Shown here: positions 9,799-18,738 of the stretch, one piece after another
Layout: every line of letters begins with the position of its first letter
Numbering within the stretch: the first letter of the stretch is position 1
NCBI GenBank assembly: GCA_031263265.1
Contig: JAISGE010000182.1
Coordinates: forward strand, 1-57,655
From: Treponema sp.
Lineage (GTDB): Bacteria; Spirochaetota; Spirochaetia; Treponematales; Breznakiellaceae
Length of the DNA: 57,655 bases
Direction: 5' to 3'
The notes under the pieces: generated by a model
Databases searched by the model: none
Told to the model about the DNA's origin: nothing
The model's input: the letters and a program-made list of their open reading frames with translations, nothing else
Position numbers and translations under genes: made by a program

Positions 9799-9811
9799 AG
9801 AACCGCTCAGT

Positions 9812-9838
9812 ATAAAAATGGAGAGGCTAACCCTCTCC
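9812..9838 (-). terminator. Rho-independent terminator of the acs operon (shared hairpin with the convergent Fe-S gene)
   Basis: Minus-strand RNA GGAGAGG-GUUAG-CCUCUCC followed by AUUUUUAU, 130 nt after the acsE stop. Confidence 0.7.
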
Positions 9839-9968
9839 ACCTTGATCCTATAAAAATGTACGGTTGAGAAAAAGCAAGGAAAAACGACTACCACAACATA
9901 AACTTTATATACAAACGATGAATCCTATTCCAAGGCTGTTGCGCCACTCGCCTTCCTTTGTTCAAGAA

Positions 9969-10754
9969 CTACAATTCAAGATACGAATCCGCATACAGGT
10001 TCTGATCCATGATGATATCCGCAGATTTTATAGTTTCCATGAGCCGCAGATCACAGGGATTTACGATAGCGGAAGTAAAGCCGCACTTAATCGCCATGGC
10101 CAACATGACCGAATCCATGATCGGACGGATGTGTTTTGGCATCATGTTAGAAACATTGGAAAGGCCTCCCGAGGAATTTAAGTCCATATCCCTGAGTTGG
10201 CTGATGAAATCGAGGACTTCCACCTGTTTATCCTGCATTCCCTTAATCACCAGGAACAAGGGGTCAAACCATATATCCTTGGGATCCATGCCGAGGTTCA
10301 TACCATATTCGAGCATCTCCTGACAGTAGGTCATGCGCTCTTCATTATTCGAAGGTACTCCCTGTTTTGCGCAAAGGGCAATCACGATGGCATCATTAGC
10401 TGCGGCAAGGTCAATATAAGAAATACGATCCCCAGCATCTGCGGAATTGACAATCGGCTTCCCCTTGGAACGGTTATATACAGAAATCCCCGCTTCAATG
10501 GCTTTTTTATTTGCCGTATCCAGGGAAAGGGGAACATTATCACATTCACTTTGGATCAGCTGGACCGCCCACTTCATAAGTTCTACCCCGGTCTTTTCCG
10601 CAGGCCCAATATTGACATCAATATAGGTGGCCCCCGCCTCAAGTTGCTCCTTCGCCCGTTTCAGGATGGGCGCAGGATCGTGATTCTCCATAGCTGCACG
10701 AATTACCGGCGAAATACAATGAATTCGTTCACCGATGATAATAAATTTACCCAT
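9969..10754 (-). CDS. acsE: Methyl-THF:corrinoid/iron-sulfur protein methyltransferase
   Basis: Pterin-binding (DHPS-like) barrel protein starting 'MGKFIIIGERIH'. 261 aa, last gene of the acs string. GGAGG RBS. Confidence 0.85.
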   Translation of the reverse strand: MGKFIIIGERIHCISPVIRAAMENHDPAPILKRAKEQLEAGATYIDVNIGPAEKTGVELMKWAVQLIQSECDNVPLSLDTANKKAIEAGISVYNRSKGKPIVNSADAGDRISYIDLAAANDAIVIALCAKQGVPSNNEERMTYCQEMLEYGMNLGMDPKDIWFDPLFLVIKGMQDKQVEVLDFISQLRDMDLNSSGGLSNVSNMMPKHIRPIMDSVMLAMAIKCGFTSAIVNPCDLRLMETIKSADIIMDQNLYADSYLEL

Positions 10755-10776
10755 AATTAACCTCCATTAGTTAAGA

Positions 10777-10804
10777 CTGTTTCAAAACTGAAGTTTTGAA
10801 ACAG
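10777..10804. repeat. Palindrome copy b: CTGTTTCAAAAC-tgaa-GTTTTGAAACAG
   Basis: Perfect 12-bp arms. It contains the same GTTTCAAAA-N6-TTTTGAAAC core (10779-10802). Its centre is about 37 nt upstream of the acsE ATG. Confidence 0.9.
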
Positions 10805-10812
10805 CAACCTTA

Positions 10813-10854
10813 GATTTAGGTGGAAAAGCTCATCTTTAAACCGCTTTTCCTTAA
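10813..10854 (-). repeat. 42-nt conserved element, copy 1 (acsC-acsE spacer)
   Basis: gatttaggtggaaaagctcatctttaaaccgcttttccttaa. 39/42 identical to 51856-51897. Internal stem GGAAAAGC/GCTTTTCC. Confidence 0.85.
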
Positions 10855-10983
10855 ACCAGTTTTATCAAATCGGAAATCTACACTAACCGAGTGTTGAAAC
10901 TGGCTCTCGTTAACCTCATAAATAACTGCAACATTTCAGAGGCTTGAAACTCATTCAGGCCCCTGATGTTTCTACCCTGAGCC

Positions 10984-12318
10984 TTATGAAACCTTGAGTT
11001 CCTTGAGAAATTTGACCGATGCGACCGCTTCATTCGGTCCCACGATGATCTTCCATCCAGGCAGGCTCTCTTCCAATTCGCCCTTAAGCACCGCCACCTT
11101 ACCGGGAATGATGAGGTCACGACTCTTGAGCTTACCTTCAATCCCCGCTTCTTTGAAGAACCGGGCGATGGAACTTGCTGACAGCTTACCCGCAGCCCAA
11201 GAGGTAAGTACGGAATACCCCCCTGCATCAGAAATAAGCAGATTCACCGGCACCCCAGAACGCTCAAGCTCTCCAGAAACCACGAAATACGTGAGGGCAA
11301 AGTCCACGGTAGTGGCACACACCGCGTTTTCGTCAGCGCCATTTAAGGGATATATCCCTGGTTCGACCTTCATGGGCTTCTGAGGATCGGTGAAGATATT
11401 CTGCCGCAGGCCATAGAGGGGCAGGGCCTGAGCATAACTCATACCGCCCATAATGATAATAGAACCGTATTTCAAGGTAAAAAGGGATGCAAGCGCTACT
11501 TGCATAACGCTGTCCCCAGGAGCCAACTTCGCAACATTAACGATAGCAGGATACCCGAAGACTCGATCCTGATCTTTGAGGGCTGCACGGCGGATCTGGA
11601 CCGCGTTGGCAAAGGCATCTTTCACCGAGGAAGACCCTACATCAATGATCAAATTCTTATTCCCCAGTCCTTCAATTGCCGCGACCGTATCGTAAATCCC
11701 ATCCAAGCTTTTACCACTAACCCCTAAAACGACACCGAATTCCGTGGCCAGCGCACTCATCTCTTTGTAGTTGGACTCATTAGCCCCATTGAGGATAGGT
11801 TTACTGGCTTTAGTAAGCTCCAAAGCCTCCCTAGCCGCGGTAAGATCGGAAACTTCCAAAATCAGGGTTCGTTCTGCAGTAAGCGCCTTCTTCACCGTTT
11901 CCAAGAATGTGCCCTTATCTCCGGTGTATTCCACATTGACCAATTCCACAAACATCCGTTCACCGATACGCACATAATCCACGGTTTTGATCTCCGGTAG
12001 AACCTGGTCTACACAGTCGGGACAGAGGGTTACGCCATAGAGACTTTTGGAAACAAAGGTCTTTTCGTGCCTAAAAAGAACCGTTTCACCGCCCAGGGTG
12101 TATTCCGCGTTACCGGTGCCGATCTTAATGGTCTTCATAGGCGGTGCAGTGGCCTCCCCTAGTTTTGCCAATGCTTCAGGGGACATGTGGGTACATTTAT
12201 CCAGGGGAACTGCGCCTTGGGCAACCTTCATAGCAAAAGCCATGCAAGTCGGACTGCCACATTCTTTACAGTTCGTTTTGGGGGTGAGCTTAAATATATC
12301 AAGTCCTTTAAGTGCCAT
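10984..12318 (-). CDS. acsC: Corrinoid/iron-sulfur protein large subunit
   Basis: N-terminal [4Fe-4S] motif 'CKECGSPTCMAFAMK'. 444 aa, adjacent to acsD. Confidence 0.9.
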   Translation of the reverse strand: MALKGLDIFKLTPKTNCKECGSPTCMAFAMKVAQGAVPLDKCTHMSPEALAKLGEATAPPMKTIKIGTGNAEYTLGGETVLFRHEKTFVSKSLYGVTLCPDCVDQVLPEIKTVDYVRIGERMFVELVNVEYTGDKGTFLETVKKALTAERTLILEVSDLTAAREALELTKASKPILNGANESNYKEMSALATEFGVVLGVSGKSLDGIYDTVAAIEGLGNKNLIIDVGSSSVKDAFANAVQIRRAALKDQDRVFGYPAIVNVAKLAPGDSVMQVALASLFTLKYGSIIIMGGMSYAQALPLYGLRQNIFTDPQKPMKVEPGIYPLNGADENAVCATTVDFALTYFVVSGELERSGVPVNLLISDAGGYSVLTSWAAGKLSASSIARFFKEAGIEGKLKSRDLIIPGKVAVLKGELEESLPGWKIIVGPNEAVASVKFLKELKVS

Positions 12319-12347
12319 AGATTACTCTCCTTATCTCCGTATTCAGC

Positions 12348-13292
12348 TTAGATGATACTAGCCACAAGCTTCGAAATGGTAGCCACTGAAACAGGATGCC
12401 GCAAGATGACTGCATTCGAACCTGCAGCGATATTTGCAGCCGCAGTGACCACTTCCATATCAACACCCCGCTGTTCCTGGGGCCCCCAACCATCCGGAGC
12501 TTCATTCTCGGCTTTCTGAGATTCCCCAACCGACCATGCCTGCTCTGAAACCGGCGTGATGATCGGAATTTGAAGCTTGACGTCATTTTGAGCAAGCGCC
12601 GCTGCTTTAACCCTATCTAAGGTAGAAGCGATGTATTCATACCCGTACCCTGCTGCTGCGGAACCGGTATTCATAACCACATTTCCCAGATCAATACCCA
12701 GTTGGGAGATAACCACATTGAGCTGCTTGGCCAGATTGATGTCCACCGCAGATTCCGCCCCGATCTTCTGCCCATACGCCTGAACCGCTGCAACTGCTAT
12801 AGCTTTGTGATTCTCTTCTTTAGCGGAAAGTAAAAGCACGTTCTTTCCTTCTAGAGCCTCCGCGATCTTGGGGAAAAGCTTACCATCTTTTTCCACATTC
12901 TTACTTCCCTGAATAACCAGAGGCAAGGTAACCTTTTCAGCAACTTCTTTACACAGGGCTACACAGTCTTCAATTGGCTTATCCGCACCGTTAGGGTCGG
13001 CGCTTTCCAAGGACAGCACCACGAAATCAGCCCCCGGCATTTCACAAGCCCGCTTTGCTACATCGGGAATGTTTTCTACCCCCTTATAGAACTCAGCAAT
13101 CCCCGGTAGTTCCCTGTTTGGACCCTGATCCGAGACTTCCACCCCCACTTTCGGCGGGTTCTTGATGGCTTCATCAAAACTGTACAAGGGAAGGACTTTT
13201 TCACCACCAAAGGCGACAGTCTTATCGCCTGTACCTATCACTACCTCTTTGATAGGCGCCGTAAATTTTTGCGGAACACGTTTAAATGGCAT
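12348..13292 (-). CDS. acsD: Corrinoid/iron-sulfur protein small subunit
   Basis: CFeSP delta-subunit-like TIM-barrel protein. Start moved to ATG 13292 (MPFKRVPQKF), which is preceded by AAGGAGGAAAC. Confidence 0.85.
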   Translation of the reverse strand: MPFKRVPQKFTAPIKEVVIGTGDKTVAFGGEKVLPLYSFDEAIKNPPKVGVEVSDQGPNRELPGIAEFYKGVENIPDVAKRACEMPGADFVVLSLESADPNGADKPIEDCVALCKEVAEKVTLPLVIQGSKNVEKDGKLFPKIAEALEGKNVLLLSAKEENHKAIAVAAVQAYGQKIGAESAVDINLAKQLNVVISQLGIDLGNVVMNTGSAAAGYGYEYIASTLDRVKAAALAQNDVKLQIPIITPVSEQAWSVGESQKAENEAPDGWGPQEQRGVDMEVVTAAANIAAGSNAVILRHPVSVATISKLVASII

Positions 13293-13509
13293 AACGGTTT
13301 CCTCCTTAAGATAATTTAGTAAAACACTCAACTTATCCAGTAACCTCATGGCTACCGGTTAAAGTACCTCTCTATCATCGTTCTCTAATAAGTCAAGGAA
13401 ATGAGGATTCATACAACCACCCTATCCGCTCAATACCCTCAAGTTCCCGCATACATCATACATAGAGCAATACATCTACCCTACGCTTCTCTACGACCTA
13501 GACGTCCAT

Positions 13510-13528
13510 CGGGGGATATCCTCCCCCG
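13510..13528 (-). other. GC-rich hairpin just after the acsB stop
   Basis: CGGGGGA-5 nt loop-TCCCCCG (7-bp stem), 10 nt after the stop codon. No U-tract follows on the minus strand. Confidence 0.4.
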
Positions 13529-13538
13529 AAAACAATTG

Positions 13539-15668
13539 TTACAACAAAGGCTCAAGATTTAACACGGGATGCTGTTTTTCATTCAAGAAAGTAACCAGGG
13601 TTTCAGCATCCTCAGATACCGTTTCATCGGCGATCATAGACGTATAATCCTCGATCTCATAGAGTTCTTTTGCAGTGGCATTGAGCTTAGTACTCACAAA
13701 CTCCTTGAGCGCCTTAGGCATCCACACAATACGGGCAGGCCCTCCTTCAGCTTTCATGAACTTCTTGGAAGAGATGAACTGCTTGCCATGTCCCATGAAA
13801 CCAGGGGTCTGCACCCCGCCGCCGGTCATGGAGGCCATCTCCGAAAATGTCATCCCCAGAGGGGTCATCCCTGTATGCTCCCGGTTGACAATAACCACCC
13901 CATTGGTAGATGGCTCAATACCGCAGATACACTCAAAACAACCACAACTGGTCATTGGATCCTGCAAGATGGAATAAAGAGTAACCTGCTGCAGCGCACC
14001 ATGAGAAGCGCTGTTTACCACTTCATTGACGTCTTCCCAGATACCTAAGTTGTCATCTACCACTCGCTGCTTGGTAACAATCTGACAAGGGCCATTTGGA
14101 TCAAGCTCGTTTGTAGCTTTGGCGTCAAGCCAGGATACTGCGCCGCACAGTCCAAGCCGTTCAGGGGTAACGATGCAAACATGGGATGGAGAGAAGGACT
14201 GACAGAGGATACAGTCATAGAAGACTTCCACACTCTCGTCAGTTAGCGATTTGAGCCGTGCGTCCCTCACTTCATAAACCTTGTTCACTTCCGCGCGTAG
14301 CCGTTTGAGATCCTCCGGTTTCGTATAGATTTTAACCTGACACTTGTCAACCACTGCCTCGTATTCGCTTTTTACCTTAGCATAGAGCACTTCCCCAATG
14401 TGTTTCGCCCTAAACCCAGCTTCAAAGGTAGCTTTGCTCACCCGGATACGGATAAGATCCCTCTGGCCGGTATGCATAACTCCTTCAACACAGTTAAGGA
14501 AGTTATGGAACTTCCGCTCAAACACCGGTTCAAAATCGCTCTGCATATTCTTACCCGATACTTCAACGATGTATGCCAAAGCAAAACGACTGCCTACCGG
14601 AACGCTGTCGATATCCGGACCGATAAGCTCAATAGCGTGATCCTCTACCGCATTTGACTCCAATGTACGCACCCACTCGAAACAATCCAACCGAGAACCA
14701 TCAATGTCCACCTGCATATCGTTTCTGCGGATGATCTCTCCTTCAAAGGCAGTGGAGAAGGCCACGGGAATATCGATCTTCGTAACCTTGATCTTAATAT
14801 CCCGAGCTTCTAAAGAAGTCTCAATAAAGTCCTTGGTTTCCTGCTGAATAATAAGGCTCTTGGGAACCGGCCACATATCCTTGGTATCGTTGGTAATGAC
14901 CGGGAATCCCATAGCAATGGCACCGCCTCCACACCCAACCACGATGTCAGGTACTGGTGAAAAGGCATTCACAAAGGCCCGGATACGATGGAAGGTATAA
15001 TGATCGAACCCTTCCCGGTCGCCCGGTTGCACTGCACCGAAGATCATGGCCGCCCGGTTTACCAAGGATATGATATGAGCCACCGCCCAAATATCCGGCC
15101 CCACCGGAACCACCCGAACCGGAAAGCCCATGTTAAGATTCATGCGCTTGGCCTGGTCAATGATGCCCCCGATGAGGAAGACAAATATGGCCCGAGACTG
15201 ATACCCCTTGATAAGTTCCGCGGCCTCTTCGTCCGAAGGAGCAGGTCCAATAATGACCACAAACCCAGGAATGTCGCCGGTAACCAAAGGTACTCCTAAT
15301 TCCCGGACTTCTGCGTCGGACATGTGCCCCCAATACTCATCTCCATAGGGTTTATCACTTCGGGCGTATTTACAAGCCTCAATGACTTCAGCAGCCAGGA
15401 CGGTTCCAAACCCGGATTTGAACACATCCCCTAAACGCTGTTCATGGGGCATCCAAGCTTTTACCTCGGGGAAACAGGACTTAAGTTCCCCGACGGTAGT
15501 TACCTTCTTGGAAAGATAAGTTAAGTGATTGGCGAGAAAATACGCGGTATTCGGCATGGTAATGGGCGCTGCCTCACCAAGCTCCTTCACGGTCTCATTC
15601 AACGCCTTCTCGGCGATGGCATACATTTCATCAACGCCATCAAAAACTCTATTAAAAAGCAATTTCAT
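13539..15668 (-). CDS. acsB: Acetyl-CoA synthase (CODH/ACS A-cluster subunit)
   Basis: A-cluster cysteine motifs 'CILCQSFSPSHVCIV' and 'SCGCFECI'. About 710 aa from ATG 15668 (MKLLFNRVF), preceded by GGAGAG. Confidence 0.9.
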   Translation of the reverse strand: MKLLFNRVFDGVDEMYAIAEKALNETVKELGEAAPITMPNTAYFLANHLTYLSKKVTTVGELKSCFPEVKAWMPHEQRLGDVFKSGFGTVLAAEVIEACKYARSDKPYGDEYWGHMSDAEVRELGVPLVTGDIPGFVVIIGPAPSDEEAAELIKGYQSRAIFVFLIGGIIDQAKRMNLNMGFPVRVVPVGPDIWAVAHIISLVNRAAMIFGAVQPGDREGFDHYTFHRIRAFVNAFSPVPDIVVGCGGGAIAMGFPVITNDTKDMWPVPKSLIIQQETKDFIETSLEARDIKIKVTKIDIPVAFSTAFEGEIIRRNDMQVDIDGSRLDCFEWVRTLESNAVEDHAIELIGPDIDSVPVGSRFALAYIVEVSGKNMQSDFEPVFERKFHNFLNCVEGVMHTGQRDLIRIRVSKATFEAGFRAKHIGEVLYAKVKSEYEAVVDKCQVKIYTKPEDLKRLRAEVNKVYEVRDARLKSLTDESVEVFYDCILCQSFSPSHVCIVTPERLGLCGAVSWLDAKATNELDPNGPCQIVTKQRVVDDNLGIWEDVNEVVNSASHGALQQVTLYSILQDPMTSCGCFECICGIEPSTNGVVIVNREHTGMTPLGMTFSEMASMTGGGVQTPGFMGHGKQFISSKKFMKAEGGPARIVWMPKALKEFVSTKLNATAKELYEIEDYTSMIADETVSEDAETLVTFLNEKQHPVLNLEPLL

Positions 15669-15688
15669 TGAAAACTCTCCTATAGTAA

Positions 15689-16462
15689 TTATGTGGAAAA
15701 ATCGATACGCTCTTTGATCCTCTGGATCTCCTTTCGCGCACATTCACTTGTGTCGAAGGGCGAAACGCCTTTTCTATCGGCGCTGATCACATCATCGCTA
15801 TAGCTGATAAAGCCAAAAAGATCCTCAGGGGGTATACTCTTCTCGAGGAATTCTGTATCCTCTTTCCCACGAACTTTGTTCGCGACCACGCTTACCTTTT
15901 TCACACCTAGATCTGCAGCAAGAACTTTTACCTTGTGATAGGTTTGTATGCTCCTCGCTCCCGGTTCAATTACGGTAATGAAGCGATCCACCATACTAGC
16001 CGTACCCCGTCCAAGGTGCTCCAACCCTGCCTCCATGTCCATAATAACCACCTCATCCCGCTGTATCACGAGATGAGAGATAACCCGCTTGAGTACCACA
16101 TGCTCAGGGCACACACAGCCACCGCCACCGGTTTCCACGGTACCCATGATAAGCAGTTTTACCCCGTTTTTCTCTTTAGAAAACCGATCCGGTATATCAC
16201 TGACATGAGGATTTATTTTAAAAAACTTGCCAAAGGTATCATTGGTAGTCCCGGTACGTTCAGCAATGAGTTCACTCATTTTAGAAACCGGGGTGATCTC
16301 TTCCAATTCTTCCTCGCTGAAGCCCAGGGCCAATCCGAGATTCGCGTCAGGGTCTACATCAACCGCAAGCACCGTCCGGCCTTCCGCCGCATAAAGACGA
16401 GCGAGCACTGCAGCAAGGGTTGTTTTTCCTACCCCACCTTTTCCGGTGATTGCGATTTTCAT
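15689..16462 (-). CDS. cooC: CODH nickel-insertion accessory ATPase CooC/AcsF
   Basis: P-loop 'GKGGVGKTT' and metal-binding 'GGGCVCPEH'. Lies between cooS and acsB. Confidence 0.9.
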   Translation of the reverse strand: MKIAITGKGGVGKTTLAAVLARLYAAEGRTVLAVDVDPDANLGLALGFSEEELEEITPVSKMSELIAERTGTTNDTFGKFFKINPHVSDIPDRFSKEKNGVKLLIMGTVETGGGGCVCPEHVVLKRVISHLVIQRDEVVIMDMEAGLEHLGRGTASMVDRFITVIEPGARSIQTYHKVKVLAADLGVKKVSVVANKVRGKEDTEFLEKSIPPEDLFGFISYSDDVISADRKGVSPFDTSECARKEIQRIKERIDFST

Positions 16463-16464
16463 AC

Positions 16465-18360
16465 CTATATACCCAACCCTGCGCGCTTTGCCTCAATACC
16501 ATCAAGGATACTTTTCACCAGTTCATGGGGATCCTTATTGATGATATACCCTGCACCGACAATGTTGCGAGTACCCTGGGTAATGAGATCCATCATCTCG
16601 GTACTGCCTTTAACCTGAGGTTCGATACCCAAGTACACATCAATGCCGGTAGATACCACATAATTGGCTATAGAGACCGCTTTCTCACTCATCCATTCAG
16701 GAGCGCAACCTACCACCGGTATCTCAGTGGTCTTTACTCCCCAGTCTTTAGCAATCCCCGTGGCGAGAAGCATCATACGACTGATATCCACACATGCACC
16801 CATGTGCAGAATCGGCGGTATATCCACCAATTCGCATACCCGCCTCAAACCAGCACCGCACACGTACTTGGCGTCTTTATTGAGCAGTCCCGCCTTAGTG
16901 GCAAGTTGAGCCGCACAACCTGTAGCAACGATCAGTATATCGTTTTGCAACAACTCTCGCATGATCTCAAAATGAGAGTAATCTGGCCGTACCCTAGGGT
17001 TATTACAACCTACAATAGCCACAGCGCCCCGCAGAACCCCTGCCTTGATCGCATCAATAGCCGGCCTATAAGAACCGATCTCGTCCACATGGCTATTGGT
17101 TACCCCGTCAAGATGCTTGATGATCTGTTCCGTAGGATACCCAACTACGGCAGTCTGCTTGGTACTCGGGATAAACACTTTAGAAGTATCCCGGTTTTGA
17201 TAGTTATCAATGGCCATTTTGATGAGGTCTTTGGCCTGATCAAAAGCGGTGTCCGGTTTAAATTCCACATAAATGGATCCGGGAATCCGTGCAATAGGAG
17301 AACTAGTAACAAATTTGGTGTGGAAACACTCACTCAAGGGAGCAAGTGCAGGGAATATACACTGTACATCCACACACATCATCTCTACGGCACCGGTTAA
17401 GACTGCATTTTCCTGCTGGAGGAAGTTTCCTGCCATCCGAACCCCATGACGCATGGCCACTTCATTAGCGGTACAGCAAAGACCAACAATGTTGATCCCT
17501 TTAGCGCCCTTTGATTTGGAATAATCCACCAGTTCCTTTATTTCCGCAGCAGTTACTACCATCTCAGAAAAAGCCGGATCATGCCCATGAACCACAATAT
17601 TGACCATTTCTTTTTCCAGAACCCCCAGATTTCCTTCGGTAGTCCGTACTGTGGGAGTTCCAAAGAGGATATCAGTGATTTCCGTACCCAGCATTGATCC
17701 GCCCCATCCATTGGAAAGGCTGGTTCTTAGACCCTGTCTTACTAAGGCTTCTGGATCAGCACTGTTCCCCATGTGGGTCATGTGCAACGTAGTAGCGATT
17801 TCCCGGTCAATAGCCCGGGGCTCAATCCCCTGATCACGCCATACTTGCTGCCGCTCTTCAGTGGCCCGCTTAATAAAGCGCTGCGTCCCTGTAGGCTTTC
17901 CGAATTCCATAAGGCCGACATCAGCAACTTCATGGGCAAGGTCATAAATATCCTTACCCTCGGTTTCTAACCCGTATTCCTTAGCTAGTCGTATAAGTTT
18001 TTGCTCGTCCCGGACCTGGTAGTTTCCACCGGGCTTTGTACTGTGGAGTATATGCAGGATTTCCCGGGCGTGATCCGAGTGGGCTGAAGTACCCGCTGCG
18101 ATAGTACGAGCATAATTCCGCGCCGCAATTGCATGAGCATCTGCGCCGCAAATTCCTCGGGAGGCCTTGGGGGTAATACGGCAAGGCCCCATAGAACAGT
18201 TCTTACAGCAGACTCCCTCTTCCCCAAACTTACAGTGGGGCGTCTGTTTTTTATTGCGATCTTCCCAAGTTTCTGCGCAAACAGAACACGCTATTTCCTT
18301 CAATTTAGCGGTATCTGCCTCCATTTGCTCAATAGAGGTTAAATCTTCCAGCGTTTTCAA
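16465..18360 (-). CDS. acsA: Anaerobic carbon-monoxide dehydrogenase catalytic subunit
   Basis: N-terminal Cys cluster 'CKFGEEGVCCKNCSMGPCRI'. 631 aa. TTG start preceded by AGGAGAGGAG. Confidence 0.9.
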   Translation of the reverse strand: MKTLEDLTSIEQMEADTAKLKEIACSVCAETWEDRNKKQTPHCKFGEEGVCCKNCSMGPCRITPKASRGICGADAHAIAARNYARTIAAGTSAHSDHAREILHILHSTKPGGNYQVRDEQKLIRLAKEYGLETEGKDIYDLAHEVADVGLMEFGKPTGTQRFIKRATEERQQVWRDQGIEPRAIDREIATTLHMTHMGNSADPEALVRQGLRTSLSNGWGGSMLGTEITDILFGTPTVRTTEGNLGVLEKEMVNIVVHGHDPAFSEMVVTAAEIKELVDYSKSKGAKGINIVGLCCTANEVAMRHGVRMAGNFLQQENAVLTGAVEMMCVDVQCIFPALAPLSECFHTKFVTSSPIARIPGSIYVEFKPDTAFDQAKDLIKMAIDNYQNRDTSKVFIPSTKQTAVVGYPTEQIIKHLDGVTNSHVDEIGSYRPAIDAIKAGVLRGAVAIVGCNNPRVRPDYSHFEIMRELLQNDILIVATGCAAQLATKAGLLNKDAKYVCGAGLRRVCELVDIPPILHMGACVDISRMMLLATGIAKDWGVKTTEIPVVGCAPEWMSEKAVSIANYVVSTGIDVYLGIEPQVKGSTEMMDLITQGTRNIVGAGYIINKDPHELVKSILDGIEAKRAGLGI

Positions 18361-18738
18361 AATTATGTTTCTCCTCTCCTATGTGTGCTTTCAAGCACCA
18401 CGTCAATTTAAGCGGATCCAAGGTCAACGACCCATTCTCCGTAAACCTTTACGGCTTCAACCGTATTGTTACTCTCCACGCCGGCGCTTACATGTTTTAT
18501 ACACACCTCCATCACTTTACCGTCCCTGTCCAACAGGCCGCATACGTTTTCTATGGCATATCCTCATTCGATACAAAAAAACCATTGAAACAACCACATC
18601 CTACCCGTCACTCTTTACGCTATTTTTGGTACTTTTACACGCCGCCGTTCTAAAGGAGATGCCGGAATCAGACACCATGTCTATCCCGGCTTCGTCCTTC
18701 CTCAATTATCTACCTTAATAGTTCCTACCGCAAGGCTA

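Noticed and set aside
10777-10804. The 28-nt palindromes resemble a CRISPR repeat in length, in being palindromic and in ending ...GAAAC(AG).
   Set aside because: The copies are 5-14 kb apart rather than in a spacer-interleaved array. There are no cas genes in the window.
10823-10840. Mini-ORF MSFST* (ATG 10840 to TAA 10823, minus strand) inside the 42-nt element, considered as a leader peptide.
   Set aside because: It is not annotated as a CDS. The nearest SD-like AAGGA is about 14 nt from the start. A plus-strand frame through the same element shows an equally neat synonymous and stop-preserving pattern. The substitutions therefore cannot discriminate coding from RNA or DNA conservation. 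It is kept only as a hypothesis in the findings.
16450-17400. Long plus-strand ORF (316 aa) antisense to cooS. Similar antisense ORFs occur at 40134..41009, 38175..38966, 30900..31604, 35372..36025 and 44023..44667.
   Set aside because: Each lies entirely inside a strongly supported gene on the other strand. Their products are low-complexity (Ser/Pro/Arg-rich) with no recognisable motifs, as expected of shadow ORFs.
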